A DNA stretch of 64,000 nt. It comes from Roseibacillus sp. (GTDB taxonomy: Bacteria; Verrucomicrobiota; Verrucomicrobiia; Verrucomicrobiales; Akkermansiaceae). The translations under genes were made by a program, and so were the position numbers. This document shows positions 1 through 14,578 of the stretch, in pieces. The stretch is taken from positions 32,001-96,000 of the forward strand of contig CBDEUM010000014.1 in assembly GCA_965242925.1 (NCBI GenBank), read 5' to 3'. Positions within the stretch are counted from its first letter, which is position 1. Every line of letters begins with the position of its first letter. Under the pieces are notes generated by a model that worked only from the letters and a program-made list of their open reading frames with translations, made no database searches and had not been told where the DNA came from.

Positions 1-2
1 AT

Positions 3-1166
3 CTCGCCCTCCTCGAGGTCGAGGATGACGCCCCCTTCGAAGGACTCCATTACCTCAATTTCGGTGACGTGCCTGCCCTGGAAAGCCAGGTTCGCGTGAT
101 TGGCTATCCGGTCGGTGGAGATCGCATTTCGGTGACCCGCGGGGTGGTTTCGCGCATTGATTTCCGCCCCTACGCGCACTCCCGCGTAGACTCGCACCTG
201 GTTGTGCAAATCGACGCCGCCATCAACCCCGGCAACTCCGGTGGTCCGGTCCTGCAGGACAGCAAAGTGGTGGGTGTCGCCTTCCAGGGACTGCGTCAGG
301 CCGACAACACAGGTTACATGATCCCCACTCCGGTCATTCAGCGCTTCCTCAGGGATATCGGCGACGGCCGCTATGACAAATACGTCGATCTCGGCATCAC
401 CGAGTTCGCACTCTTCAATCCTGCCATGCGCAAGGCTCTTCAGGTTCCCGAGAACGGACTGGGCGTCATGGTCGCCTCCGTCCTGCCTACCGGACCCTGC
501 GATGGCGTGATGGAACCCGGTGACGTTCTCCTCTCCATCGACAACAACCCAGTTGACAATGCCGGCAACATCGAGGTGGAGGGGGAAAAGGTCGTCCTGC
601 ACGAGGTGGTCGAACGCAAGTTCGCAGGCGATGAAGTCAAACTCGAGTTCCTGCGCAGGGGCGAGAAGAAGGATGTCACCGTCACCCTCAAGGCCTTCCC
701 CCATTCCCGCATTTACGCGGTCCGCTACGGCGAGCGACCCCGCTTCGTCTTCTTCGCCGGCCTGGTCTTCCAGCCCCTCGACTTCAACCTCTACTCCGCC
801 TACGGCTTCGATAGCCCGCGCGTACGCAAGATCTTCCAGAACTACGTACGGGATGCCCTCTTCAAGGAGCGCGAGGACGTGGTGGTGCTCACCCGGGTGG
901 AGAGCGATCGCCTGACCTCATTCATCACCGGCTTCAATGGCACAGTAGTGGATGAAATCAACGGTACCAGGGTAAAGGACCTCCGGCATGCTCACGAACT
1001 CCTGTATGCCGCGGACCAGCCCGAGTTCATCACTATCAAGTGCAACGGGGTCGCCCGCCCCATCGTGATTCCTTCGATCGAGGTGGAATCCGCCAACAAA
1101 CGCATCATGCAGCAGAACGGCATCTTCCGTTCCCATTATCTCGGCGACTCCCAACCCCCATCCTGA
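3..1166 (+). CDS. HtrA/DegP-like trypsin serine protease with PDZ domains (5' partial)
   Basis: IDAAINPGNSGGP catalytic Ser motif; GYPVGG and ISVTRGVVSR; PDZ segment GDVLLSID. Frame is open to the window start. Confidence 0.9.
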   Translation, partial: LALLEVEDDAPFEGLHYLNFGDVPALESQVRVIGYPVGGDRISVTRGVVSRIDFRPYAHSRVDSHLVVQIDAAINPGNSGGPVLQDSKVVGVAFQGLRQADNTGYMIPTPVIQRFLRDIGDGRYDKYVDLGITEFALFNPAMRKALQVPENGLGVMVASVLPTGPCDGVMEPGDVLLSIDNNPVDNAGNIEVEGEKVVLHEVVERKFAGDEVKLEFLRRGEKKDVTVTLKAFPHSRIYAVRYGERPRFVFFAGLVFQPLDFNLYSAYGFDSPRVRKIFQNYVRDALFKEREDVVVLTRVESDRLTSFITGFNGTVVDEINGTRVKDLRHAHELLYAADQPEFITIKCNGVARPIVIPSIEVESANKRIMQQNGIFRSHYLGDSQPPS

Positions 1167-1168
1167 TC

Positions 1169-2647
1169 ATGTTTCCGCCCCGTCCGCTTTTCTTCTGTCT
1201 CTCCCTTCTGCTTGTCGTGGGAGTCCTCCCTGCCCCGGCCCACGCGGCAGTAAAGGCAAAGGGACTCCTTCGCATCAACACCACCACCCAGACCTACAAC
1301 GTCGCCCAGCCGTGGGAACTCAACCAACCCCAGCGTCGCCGTGGCCTGGGAGCCATTCTTGAGGACGGCAACATTCTCACCACCGGCGAGATGGCCGCCA
1401 ATTCAACCTATATCGAGTTCGAGTCCGCTGACGGCGCCCACACGGTCCCCGCCGAGGTGATCGCCATCGACTATGAAGCCAACCTTGCCCTCCTTGCACC
1501 GGAGAAAGGGGCCAACCGAGAGTGGATCGACAAGCTGGGCACACTCGGCATCAATGGTCCGGCCAAGATAGACGATAAGGTCAACATCTGGCAACTCGAG
1601 GACAACGGCGACGCCATCCGCACCGAAGGCACGGTGCGCTCCGTCGACCTCCTCTCCACCTTCGCAAGCGGCCACTACTTCCTGTGCTACGAAGTGAAGG
1701 CCTCCATGCAGAGTGCCTCCAGCAGCTACACTCTACCGGTCACCCGGGACGGCAGGCTCCTCGGCATCCTCGCCAGCTACAATTCCAAGGACCAGATCAG
1801 CGACGTGGTAGCTCCCGACATCCTGAAGCGCTTTCTCGAAGACATCAGGGACGGCCGGCACGAGGGCTTCCCCTCTCTCGGCATCGCCACCGTGCTCACG
1901 GAGGACCCCCAGTTCCGGAAGTGGCTCGGCCTGGGGGACGAACAGGGAGGGCTCTATGTGAGCCGCGTTCTGCCTGAAAGCGGCGCGGACGAAAGCGGCC
2001 TGAAAAAGGGTGACGTTCTTCTCACTGTGAACGGGCATTCAATCGATCGCCGCGGATATTACGAGGATCCAACTTATGGGCGTCTCGTCTGGAGCCACCT
2101 TGTGCGCGGGTCCGGACAGGTTGGTGACAAACTCGCCCTCCTCATCATGCGCGATGGGAAGGAACAACAGCTGGAGGCTGTCCTCCAGCGTCCGCCCGAC
2201 CATCTCATTCCCAGCCACATGTACGACAAGGCCCCGCCCTATCTCATCAAGGGCGGTCTGGTTTTCCAGGAACTCAACCGCCCCTATCTCGAAGCCTTCG
2301 GCAAGGAATGGCGGAGTCGTGCTCCTCTCGATCTGCTCGATGCGCTCAATAACCCCGAGGACTACGAGGAGGGCCGGAAGCGCCTTGTCTTCCTCAGCCG
2401 CGTCATCCGGACCCCCGCCACCATAGGCTACGACCAGGTCAACAACCTGATCGTCACCGAAGCCAACGGCCAGAAGGTAACAGACATGAAATCCCTCGCC
2501 GCGGCCCTCACAAATCCAAAGAACGGACTTCACTCCATCCGTATTGACGACATCCCCTACGTGATCTACCTCGACCCCGAAGCGAGCGACCTCGTCGACA
2601 AGGCCCTCCTCAAGCGTGGCCTTCCCGCCCTCCAACGCCTGCCCTGA
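1169..2647 (+). CDS. HtrA/PDZ paralogue with degenerate catalytic triad, secreted
   Basis: Signal peptide from ATG 1169; ILTTGEM, EANLALL and SASSSY at the His/Asp/Ser positions; PDZ GLKKGDVLLTVNG; GGLVFQEL parallels AGLVFQPL of the upstream gene. Confidence 0.8.
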   Translation: MFPPRPLFFCLSLLLVVGVLPAPAHAAVKAKGLLRINTTTQTYNVAQPWELNQPQRRRGLGAILEDGNILTTGEMAANSTYIEFESADGAHTVPAEVIAIDYEANLALLAPEKGANREWIDKLGTLGINGPAKIDDKVNIWQLEDNGDAIRTEGTVRSVDLLSTFASGHYFLCYEVKASMQSASSSYTLPVTRDGRLLGILASYNSKDQISDVVAPDILKRFLEDIRDGRHEGFPSLGIATVLTEDPQFRKWLGLGDEQGGLYVSRVLPESGADESGLKKGDVLLTVNGHSIDRRGYYEDPTYGRLVWSHLVRGSGQVGDKLALLIMRDGKEQQLEAVLQRPPDHLIPSHMYDKAPPYLIKGGLVFQELNRPYLEAFGKEWRSRAPLDLLDALNNPEDYEEGRKRLVFLSRVIRTPATIGYDQVNNLIVTEANGQKVTDMKSLAAALTNPKNGLHSIRIDDIPYVIYLDPEASDLVDKALLKRGLPALQRLP

Positions 2648-2687
2648 GCATACGTCGCCGCCAACACGTGCTTCATTTCTTCCTCCC

Positions 2688-3155
2688 TTAGCGACTCATC
2701 TCCTCCTGGGTCACGATCTTCACCCCGGCGCTGTGAAGCACGGACTGGGCGAATTCGACATCCTCTACATGCAGGGCCACCATCGTCCGCCCCTCCGGGT
2801 GAGGCAGCAGGGTGTAGACGAAGTCGACGTTGGTTTCCGCCATCCGCAGTTCATGCAGACACTTCTGGAACTCTTCCGCGGCATGCAGCAGGGCCACCAC
2901 CACCAGGTTCGCCGTGGTGTGGGGGATACCTTTCTCCAGGAAGATCTGCTGGGTTGATTCAGGATCGCTGGTCACAATGCGTGCCACCGTGGCATCGCGG
3001 GAATCCTGCACGCTGAATCCCAGCAGTTCCACCCGCGATTGATGCAGGAGCTGAATGAGAGCTTCCAGCGATCCGGCCCGATTCTGCAGGAAAACGGAGA
3101 ATTGCAGAACAGGCACGCCCATCGGCGCAATGGCATCAGAAGCGTCCCCCATCAA
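2688..3155 (-). CDS. ACT-domain protein
   Basis: QFSVFLQNRAGSL motif and tandem ACT-like pattern. Confidence 0.75.
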   Translation of the reverse strand: MMGDASDAIAPMGVPVLQFSVFLQNRAGSLEALIQLLHQSRVELLGFSVQDSRDATVARIVTSDPESTQQIFLEKGIPHTTANLVVVALLHAAEEFQKCLHELRMAETNVDFVYTLLPHPEGRTMVALHVEDVEFAQSVLHSAGVKIVTQEEMSR

Positions 3156-3192
3156 CGTCTGTTAGAACACAGATAACACTTCTTCTCAACCG

Positions 3193-3684
3193 CTATTGCG
3201 TCCGATCCCTCAAGTTTCGGAGTCCACACAACACACATTCGCCATTCTTCACCTTCCACGCCACATCAAGATCAAAGATCCGCAGGAAGCAGGTGCGCTC
3301 CTGTTTTTCGTGGAAAGCCGGACGGGCATCAAGGTTGAGCGTCTCCAGGATCACCTCCCGCTGTTCCTCGGAAATTTTCGAGAACGTCCCACTGGCCTCT
3401 TCCGACACCCGGACCGGCAACCGCTCCGGGGCCTCCGTTGCCACCCCGGACCAGGCGCCGGGAATCAGGTCCACGCAGGGAAGATAGGGCTTCACATCAA
3501 GCCCCACCGTACCATCCACCAGGTCTATCCCCGAAACGACAAGGGCGGATCCACCCCCCTCCCGGTCGAACCCGTGAAATCTGCAGGCTGAAATCCCGAT
3601 CCGGTTGGACCGGAAAGGGGACCGGGTCGCGAAAACACCCAGCTTCTCGTTCCCTCCCAGGCGAGGAGGACCTCCTCTCCGGCA
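3193..3684 (-). pseudogene. trmO: 5'-truncated TrmO/TsaA tRNA m6t6A37 methyltransferase
   Basis: In-frame PPRLGGNEKLGVFATRSPFRSNRIG and DLVDGTVGLDVKPY; in-frame TGA at 3685-3687; N-terminal part absent. Confidence 0.7.
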
Positions 3685-3727
3685 TCAGGAGGAGCAGCTG
3701 AAAAACGGAAGACTGCCTGGCTGACTG

Positions 3728-4456
3728 CTACTTCAGCACCTTCAGACGGATGTCCTTGTAGTGCACGATCATTCCGGGGTCGTGCAACTGGAGCTGGATC
3801 ATGCCACTGTGCAGACGTTTCTCCTCGGGAAGATGCTCAACAAATTCGGCTGAAGGCTTGCCGTTGAGGAAAAACTGAAACCTGTTCCCTTTTATGATGA
3901 TGTGCAACTCGTTCCAGCCTCCCTTGTTGATATCCTTTGCAGTGACTGCATCCTTGAGGGGCGTGATGGTGGGCTGGTCATCCTTGTCGATGACCAGACT
4001 GTCCCCCCGGAAGCAACGATGCTCCCGGCGGCCCGGGGTGTGGAAATCCCATGCCCCCAGGACTTGCCCCCCAATGCCCACGTGTCCGATATCCGCGTGA
4101 TAGCCCTGGAACTTACGACGACCTGTCTTGTCTACCCTGGACCGGATGTTGACTCCGCTGTTCCCCTTGCCCGGAAAGCGGTAGAGAAACTTGAGTTCAA
4201 AATCAGCAAGGTTCCTGTTTCTGCTGTAGACGAGATATCCGCGACCCTTGTCACCCTCCCCGACAATCATACCGTCCGCCACACTCCATGCCTTCTTCTT
4301 CACACTGGGCATCTCCTCCCATCCGTCGAGCGTCTTGCCGTCGAAGATCGCTTTGAAGCCGTCATCTTTTTTCCCTGGAGCCTGGTCGCCGAAGAGCGTT
4401 CCCGCTGCGCCAAGGACAACCATGCCAACGAGAGTGAGGAGAGAGCTGCGTATCAT
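3728..4456 (-). CDS. DUF1080 (3-keto-disaccharide hydrolase family) secreted protein
   Basis: IFDGKTLDGW, GNSGV, WNELHI and GMIQLQLHD motifs; signal peptide. Confidence 0.85.
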   Translation of the reverse strand: MIRSSLLTLVGMVVLGAAGTLFGDQAPGKKDDGFKAIFDGKTLDGWEEMPSVKKKAWSVADGMIVGEGDKGRGYLVYSRNRNLADFELKFLYRFPGKGNSGVNIRSRVDKTGRRKFQGYHADIGHVGIGGQVLGAWDFHTPGRREHRCFRGDSLVIDKDDQPTITPLKDAVTAKDINKGGWNELHIIIKGNRFQFFLNGKPSAEFVEHLPEEKRLHSGMIQLQLHDPGMIVHYKDIRLKVLK

Positions 4457-4607
4457 AGGTTATTGATGACACACCGCTCGCCGCCTGTGTCAAGAGTATG
4501 CAGATCGGATCACGGCAGGGCCGCTGCCGGCCCATGCCATCATCAGGGGGAGGTCAAAAGAGGGAACACCGGAAATCCGCCGGTAGTGGAGATTCCATCG
4601 TCTCCAG

Positions 4608-4976
4608 TCACCCTTTCGAAAATTCACCCGCTCGGAACAGCAAAATCCCCCACCCCACCAGAAACGCGACGCCCCCGAGCGGAGTGACCATTCCCAGTAT
4701 GGTAAAATTGGTTAGCGAGAGGACGTAGAGCGATCCGGAAAAGAGCACCGTCCCCCCGGCAAAGGAGAAACAAGCCACTCGGGACGGAGCCGGGAGGAGG
4801 CCCAGAACCAGCAGGGCCAGGGCATGCACGAGATTATAGAGCACCGCGGTTTCCCACGTGTCTGTACGTTCGTTCGTCACCAGGAGATCATTCAGGCCAT
4901 GGGCCCCAAATGCCCCGAGAGCGACTCCAAGGAAGCCGAAGCAGGCCCCGAGGCGGATGACGGTGGATCGATTCAA
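4608..4976 (-). CDS. DUF423 (YgdD/TMEM256) membrane protein
   Basis: VALGAFGAHGL, LFSGSLY and TPLGG motifs; probable TTG start at 4976. Confidence 0.85.
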   Translation of the reverse strand: MNRSTVIRLGACFGFLGVALGAFGAHGLNDLLVTNERTDTWETAVLYNLVHALALLVLGLLPAPSRVACFSFAGGTVLFSGSLYVLSLTNFTILGMVTPLGGVAFLVGWGILLFRAGEFSKG

Positions 4977-5159
4977 AATCCAATTAAGCGGCGATGGCCC
5001 CGGGACTGAGGAACGGTCCCTCTCAGACCGGGCTTCAGGAGCCCGGGTTGTTCCCTCCCCATGTCCGTGCCGAAGCAACCTACCGGCCTACCGTCCGGGA
5101 CGCGACCTTTATTCACGCTCATTCCCCAGCGCTGCAGGGTAAAAGCCGATGAGAAGATC

Positions 5160-5196
5160 AAAAAAAGCCCGGCTCCTTCTTTCGAAGAAGCCGGGC
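5160..5196 (-). terminator. rRNA operon intrinsic terminator
   Basis: GCCCGGCTTCTTC-GAAA-GAAGGAGCCGGGC hairpin followed by a T run on the minus strand. Confidence 0.9.
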
Positions 5197-5201
5197 AAAT
5201 A

Positions 5202-5317
5202 CCTGGCAACGACCTACTCTCGCGGGGCCTTTCGCCCAACTACCATCGGCGCGGCAACGTTTCACTTCCGGGTTCGGAATGGGACCGGGTGGTTCCATTA
5301 CGCTCTGGTCACCAGAG
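5202..5317 (-). rRNA. rrf: 5S rRNA
   Basis: CCTGGCAACGACCTACTCT and GTTCGGAATGGGACCGGGT are reverse-complement 5S motifs. Confidence 0.95.
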
Positions 5318-5479
5318 GCCGGGTGTTGCGTGGGTATTCACCCAGCACACGGCCTCCAGTTACCATCGCGTCAGCCGCTCCCTGACATCCATGTGAAGAA
5401 TTCGATCATTTGCTCTGCGTCCCGATCTCTTTGACCTAGTCCGTCTTGGTCCTTGAAATTCCCGATCTCGAGAGAGAGG

Positions 5480-8310
<2,831 letters not shown>

Positions 8311-8569
8311 CCTGTTCTCGAAATCAGCTAACGACGCAGGTGCTTAACTCCTGCATCGTAAGTCGAAACCGGCTTACTCCCACCGTGGTGGGAACCGGTT
8401 TCATAATTTTGCCGTATGGCCCCACATCCGAAAATCAGATGCAGGACATACTAAAAAGGTCGAGTCATTCCAAGGACTGCAAGACAGACTCAGTTGATTT
8501 GAATTGTCTATAACTCAAATCGATCAGATCGATTCGATTGCAGAACTTTAGAAAGAATCTTCACATGGA

Positions 8570-8580
8570 TGTCAAAGAGC
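8570..8580 (-). promoter_or_regulatory. Spacer boxA antiterminator
   Basis: GCTCTTTGACA upstream of 23S. The adjacent 8558-8574 is the perfect inverted complement of 5383-5399, forming the 23S processing stem. Confidence 0.7.
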
Positions 8581-8726
8581 GGCCGAAATCTGCCTGGGGG
8601 TATTGTTGATCCTGAGGCGGAAGCACTGCCATCCGAAGATCGCCTGGCAAGGCTGAAGGCCGAAAGGCCCCGCTTTGCCCGCGAACGACGAGAAGCATTC
8701 TTCATTCTCATTACTTGAGCGAAGAA

Positions 8727-8803
8727 TGGTGGGCCAGGTTGGACTTGAACCAACGACCCCGCGCTTATCAAGCGCGTGCTCTAACCAACTGAGCTACAGG
8801 CCC
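8727..8803 (-). tRNA. tRNA-Ile(GAT)
   Basis: GGGCCTGTAGCTCAG...CTTGATAAG...GTTCAAGTCC...CCCACCA; CCA encoded. Confidence 0.97.
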
Positions 8804-8933
8804 GTTTTTGGTGACCGGTCGTCAGTGGCCGGTTGGTTGCCCGTCTGTCTACCTGACTTGCCATTCGAAGCTTGAGAGGAGAAGCAGGTGAAATGAATCG
8901 CCCTTCTCCGCTTTCGTTTCCTCAAGCACAGAA

Positions 8934-9006
8934 TGGAGGCAAGGAGACTCGAACTCCTGACATCCTGCTTGCAAAGCAGGCGCTCTACCAACTGAGCTAT
9001 GCCCCC
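8934..9006 (-). tRNA. tRNA-Ala(TGC)
   Basis: GGGGGCATAGCTCAG...TTTGCAA...TTCGAGTC...GCCTCCA; no CCA follows the discriminator base. Confidence 0.97.
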
Positions 9007-9192
9007 TCATGATTGGATCGTGGAAAGATAAGAGCTAAATTGTGCGCTGCCTGACGGCTCGCTGACACACAGGTAAAAGATCGAGTATTAAAGGTTGCCT
9101 TCGCTTTCGCTCCAGCGGTGCCGACCAACAGGTTCATCCCATTGGCGACGGCATCGACCTACGCCCCCGGTTGAATTGGGGGCATTACTCCG

Positions 9193-10736
<1,544 letters not shown>

Positions 10737-10935
10737 AATTTTGATCGGCTTGATCGCTGTTCAAAGCAATTGCCAAAATTGACCTGCCGTGGAGTCGTGA
10801 AACTCCCCGGCCCTGCGCGTCGGTGAAACCAATCACGCAGCACACAATTTAGCTTTATCTTCCCATCCCGCGAATCTGATCGAGGGTGGCACGGAATGTG
10901 CAACCAACGAGTGCGCAGACGCACGGGACCAATAC

Positions 10936-10946
10936 TGTAAAAGAGC
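10936..10946 (-). promoter_or_regulatory. rrn leader boxA
   Basis: GCTCTTTTACA in the leader. Confidence 0.65.
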
Positions 10947-11037
10947 TTTCTTCCGTGGGGACGAAAAAGCCGACCGGACTTTCGTCGCGATCGACCTTTT
11001 GGTTGTCTCTCACGTGCCGCTTCGCGCGGCGGGCGGG

Positions 11038-11097
11038 ACCATAGCCGCAAGAATTAGGGCGTCAACTGGTTTCCGTGTTTTTTTGGATGTTTTTTTC
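11038..11097 (-). promoter_or_regulatory. Sigma70-type rrn promoter with UP-like A tracts
   Basis: TTGACG-16 bp-TATGGT (11065-11038), GC-rich discriminator and upstream A-tracts. Confidence 0.75.
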
Positions 11098-11393
11098 GGG
11101 GCCACCGCGAGTTAGTCAATTTCCCTTGTATTTAAAGCTCAACCCGAGCCGCCACCTTCCTGCAACGCGGGTTCGACTATCCTGCACTGCATTTCAGCTC
11201 CGCGTCCATCTCCAGCTTCACTACCAATCCGCCCCCCTCCCGGTTGCTCGCCCCAATGCACCCTCCCAATCCTTCCCCCCACGTCTTCGCGATCGCTGGT
11301 CCCAGCCCCCGGACCCGGCAACACGATAGGATTCCCCAAATACGTCGCGGGGGAAATTGAACAGAGCCCCGCAACATTGTAGTGTTTGGCCGA

Positions 11394-14300
11394 ATGGAGG
11401 GGCACACAGGACACGATTCCCCGGTACACGGCTCCTTTGCAGCGCCGGATTGTCCCACGCTCAATGCGCTTCTACCGGCCTTCCTGTTCCACGAACTGAT
11501 CGGCTGCGGGGACAGGGGAGCCGTCTACCGCGCCCAACAGATTTCCCTCAGCCGGGACGTCGCCATCAAGGTGCTCCCTCCCGAACTCTCCGCTATCGAA
11601 TCCTTCGCCCGGAGTTTCAAGGTGGAAGCCCGCGCCATGGCCAAACTCATCCACCCCAACCTGATCGGGATCTACGACTTCGGAGAGGTGGCCGGCATGC
11701 TCTACCTCGTGATGGAGTTCATCGACGGCAACGTCCTCCATCGCTCCACCAAGGGCAGGAAAGTCGAACCTGTCCAAGCCGCCGAGATCGTGGAGGGAGT
11801 GGCCCGCGGACTCGGGGAAGCCCACCAGCACGCCCTCCTCCACCGCGACATCAAGCCGGCCAGCATCCTGGTCACCCGCAAACTCAAACCAGTTCTGGGT
11901 GACTTCGGACTGGCCGGGCGGGCCGACGACATGGGCCCCGGCATGAAAACGGGAACCCCCGGCTACGTGGCCCCCGAAGTCCTGCACGATTCCGCATCTG
12001 CCAGCCCTGCTTCCGACGTCTACTCGTTGGGCATCATCCTGCACGAACTGGTGACCGGTGTCGCGCCTTCCCTGGAAACGCCTGCCGACCTCTCCCTTGT
12101 TCCCGACCTCCGCGGATTGCCTGAACTCGTGGGCCGGACCCTCGCACCTGATCCCCTCGAACGACCCGCAGACGGGAAGGCCTTTGCCCACGAACTGGAG
12201 ACCTGGCTGGAGGCCGCCCGCCAGACCCGCGTTCCCCTTCTCACCCCCGTCACCCCGGGGCGGCCGTCTTCCTCCATCCTCAAAGCTCCTGCAATCCCCT
12301 CCTCCAGGTCCCGCCAGGGTCTCTCACCTCTCCTCCTTGCGCTGGTGGGGTTGATCATCGTGGCTGCGGTTGTCTTCGCGCTCACCGGAGGCAAGGGACG
12401 CACTGACCTGACACACAATGAAGCCGGCAACCCAGGAGCAAGTGGTTCATCCCGCAACCTCGCTCCCCCCGCGCCCGTCCCGGATGTTTCCACTCCCCAT
12501 CCCTCCTTCCACCTGAGAGCCCACAAGTCCGAGATGCGCAATTCCCTCATCAGCGCCGCAAACGATCTGGTGGTGGCCCGACAGCGCAACGTGGTTGGGT
12601 TCCAGCAGGAGGTGGTCGGCAAGGAACAGGCCTGGCAACCTTACCTCTCCCTCATTGATCACGGGCTCGGCCTGCTGCCCCGCTATCTTTCTCCGGAAAC
12701 GAAGATCGCCCTGGATGCCACCATGGTGGATCTCCTCAACCGCTACGCCTTCGACCACCAGAGACAACTCGAATACCAGCATGCCAACAAGGTGAAGCAA
12801 CTTCACCAGGAGAGTGTCGATACCCTGCGCCGGGAAAACGCCCTTCCGGGAAACAGGCTCTTCGAAAGCGAGATCCACTGGATCGAATGGCTGGGTGCCA
12901 GTCCCTTCAAGCTCCTGGCCCGTCCTCCCGATGAAGAGTGGGTCCTGCGCTTCGGACCCGCCGACGCCCGGGCCGTTCATCTATTCTTTGAAGGAGGTTC
13001 AACCGTCCGGCTACTCGACGGCGAAGAGCAGGCAAAGGGAACCTTCTCCACCACCGAGGACGGTGAATTGCACATCGTCCGCCCGGGGGATTCGGGAAGT
13101 TTGACCCTTCGCTGGCGCGAGCCGTGGCTCGAGGGACGGAACCAGAAGGGACAGAAGGTGCGCTTCCGGCGGCGAAACTTCACCTTTGAGGTGAAGGGGC
13201 AGAGCAACCCCCGGAACACCGCCCACCCCGACCCGCAGGATTCGCCCCGCCGCCCTGCCCCCACCGAGCCTGTCCCCAGGGATCCCCAACTGGCCCGCCT
13301 CCAGCAACAATATCGCAAAACCCTCCAAACCCGGCTGGCTACCTGGTTCAGCTCTTATGACAAACGCATCGGGCAGCTCCTTGAGCAGGCCGGGAAAGGC
13401 TCCGACAACCCCACGGTCAAACATCTCGGAGAGGAACGGGAACGCATCGCTGCACTCGAGTGGCAGCGCGGCTACCTCGCCCCCCACGCCATTATCAGCA
13501 GCAGCTTCGTGCCTCCCGAACTGAGGAGCCCAAAGACCCAGTTGCAGGCCGAGGTCGTCTCCACCCTGATCGAGATGCAGGAGACCTATCGCACCTTCCT
13601 CCTGAAACTCCAGCGCAGCCGTCTCAATGCCAATGCCAATACCGATGAAATCGACAGGGAACTGGGACCCTTCCTGACCCTTCGAAAGATCGACCTCGAA
13701 GACGTCTACAACGCCCAACCGGACAGCAGGACCTGGATCGGGAGCACTGCCAGCCAGATCGCTCCTGCCTTTACCGGCTACCGCTCGCTCCGCGGGATGA
13801 AATACGATATCGGCGGGATCCTGCAGCTCAACTCCGGCATTTACCCCGAGTCCAATTCCCGCCTCAGGGGCAAGGACATGAATGCCTACTATGGCCGGAA
13901 GTGGCCCACCGCCGTGAACGACATTCCGGTCTACCAGAAGGCCGGAGCGCTCTATCTTGTGGGAGGGTTGATCTGGAGTTACTGGGAAGAGACCGGGACC
14001 AAGGTGGCCCAGGTCACCCTCAACTATCTCGACGGAAGCAGTTCCAAGCCCTTCCCCCTGCTCTACCGTCACCATATCGCCGACTGGTATTCCTCACGGG
14101 ATATCCCCGGAGCCGACCGCATCTGGCGGGGCAAGCGGCGCGATAGCGGAAACCACCCGGCCATCTACGAGATCGAGATCCCCAATCCCCAGCCAAAGAA
14201 AGCCATCAAGTCGATCGGTATCGAGTCAGGACACCGCGCCGCCGGGCCATTCGTGCTGGGTATCACGCTGGGGGAGACCTTTCTAACCGGAGAAGGTACC

Positions 14301-14447
14301 CGGGCAACCACGCCCGGCACACCGGGAGAATCGCCCATGCAGCAGGCTGACCGGAAACTTGAGGAGCGTATTGAAAGAGAGAAGGGGGAGAGGGACCGCA
14401 GACAGCGGGAGGAGGCCAGACGCAGACGCGAGGGACTGGGGAAGTAA
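11394..14447 (+). CDS. Membrane Ser/Thr protein kinase with large extracytoplasmic region
   Basis: VAIK, HRDIKPAS, DFG and GTPGYVAPE motifs; TM helix LLLALVGLIIVAAVVFAL; C-terminal beta-rich domain. Start uncertain. Confidence 0.88.
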   Translation: MEGHTGHDSPVHGSFAAPDCPTLNALLPAFLFHELIGCGDRGAVYRAQQISLSRDVAIKVLPPELSAIESFARSFKVEARAMAKLIHPNLIGIYDFGEVAGMLYLVMEFIDGNVLHRSTKGRKVEPVQAAEIVEGVARGLGEAHQHALLHRDIKPASILVTRKLKPVLGDFGLAGRADDMGPGMKTGTPGYVAPEVLHDSASASPASDVYSLGIILHELVTGVAPSLETPADLSLVPDLRGLPELVGRTLAPDPLERPADGKAFAHELETWLEAARQTRVPLLTPVTPGRPSSSILKAPAIPSSRSRQGLSPLLLALVGLIIVAAVVFALTGGKGRTDLTHNEAGNPGASGSSRNLAPPAPVPDVSTPHPSFHLRAHKSEMRNSLISAANDLVVARQRNVVGFQQEVVGKEQAWQPYLSLIDHGLGLLPRYLSPETKIALDATMVDLLNRYAFDHQRQLEYQHANKVKQLHQESVDTLRRENALPGNRLFESEIHWIEWLGASPFKLLARPPDEEWVLRFGPADARAVHLFFEGGSTVRLLDGEEQAKGTFSTTEDGELHIVRPGDSGSLTLRWREPWLEGRNQKGQKVRFRRRNFTFEVKGQSNPRNTAHPDPQDSPRRPAPTEPVPRDPQLARLQQQYRKTLQTRLATWFSSYDKRIGQLLEQAGKGSDNPTVKHLGEERERIAALEWQRGYLAPHAIISSSFVPPELRSPKTQLQAEVVSTLIEMQETYRTFLLKLQRSRLNANANTDEIDRELGPFLTLRKIDLEDVYNAQPDSRTWIGSTASQIAPAFTGYRSLRGMKYDIGGILQLNSGIYPESNSRLRGKDMNAYYGRKWPTAVNDIPVYQKAGALYLVGGLIWSYWEETGTKVAQVTLNYLDGSSSKPFPLLYRHHIADWYSSRDIPGADRIWRGKRRDSGNHPAIYEIEIPNPQPKKAIKSIGIESGHRAAGPFVLGITLGETFLTGEGTRATTPGTPGESPMQQADRKLEERIEREKGERDRRQREEARRRREGLGK

Positions 14448-14578
14448 GGGGTCGCCGGCCCCGGAAGCACCCGCCTGTCACCTGTCTGTCAAAATAGAAC
14501 CGGCTCCCGCAATCAGCACCGGGACCAGCTCGTATTCGCATTGCCAACCACCCCCCCGCCCCCTATCACAGCCCCACC

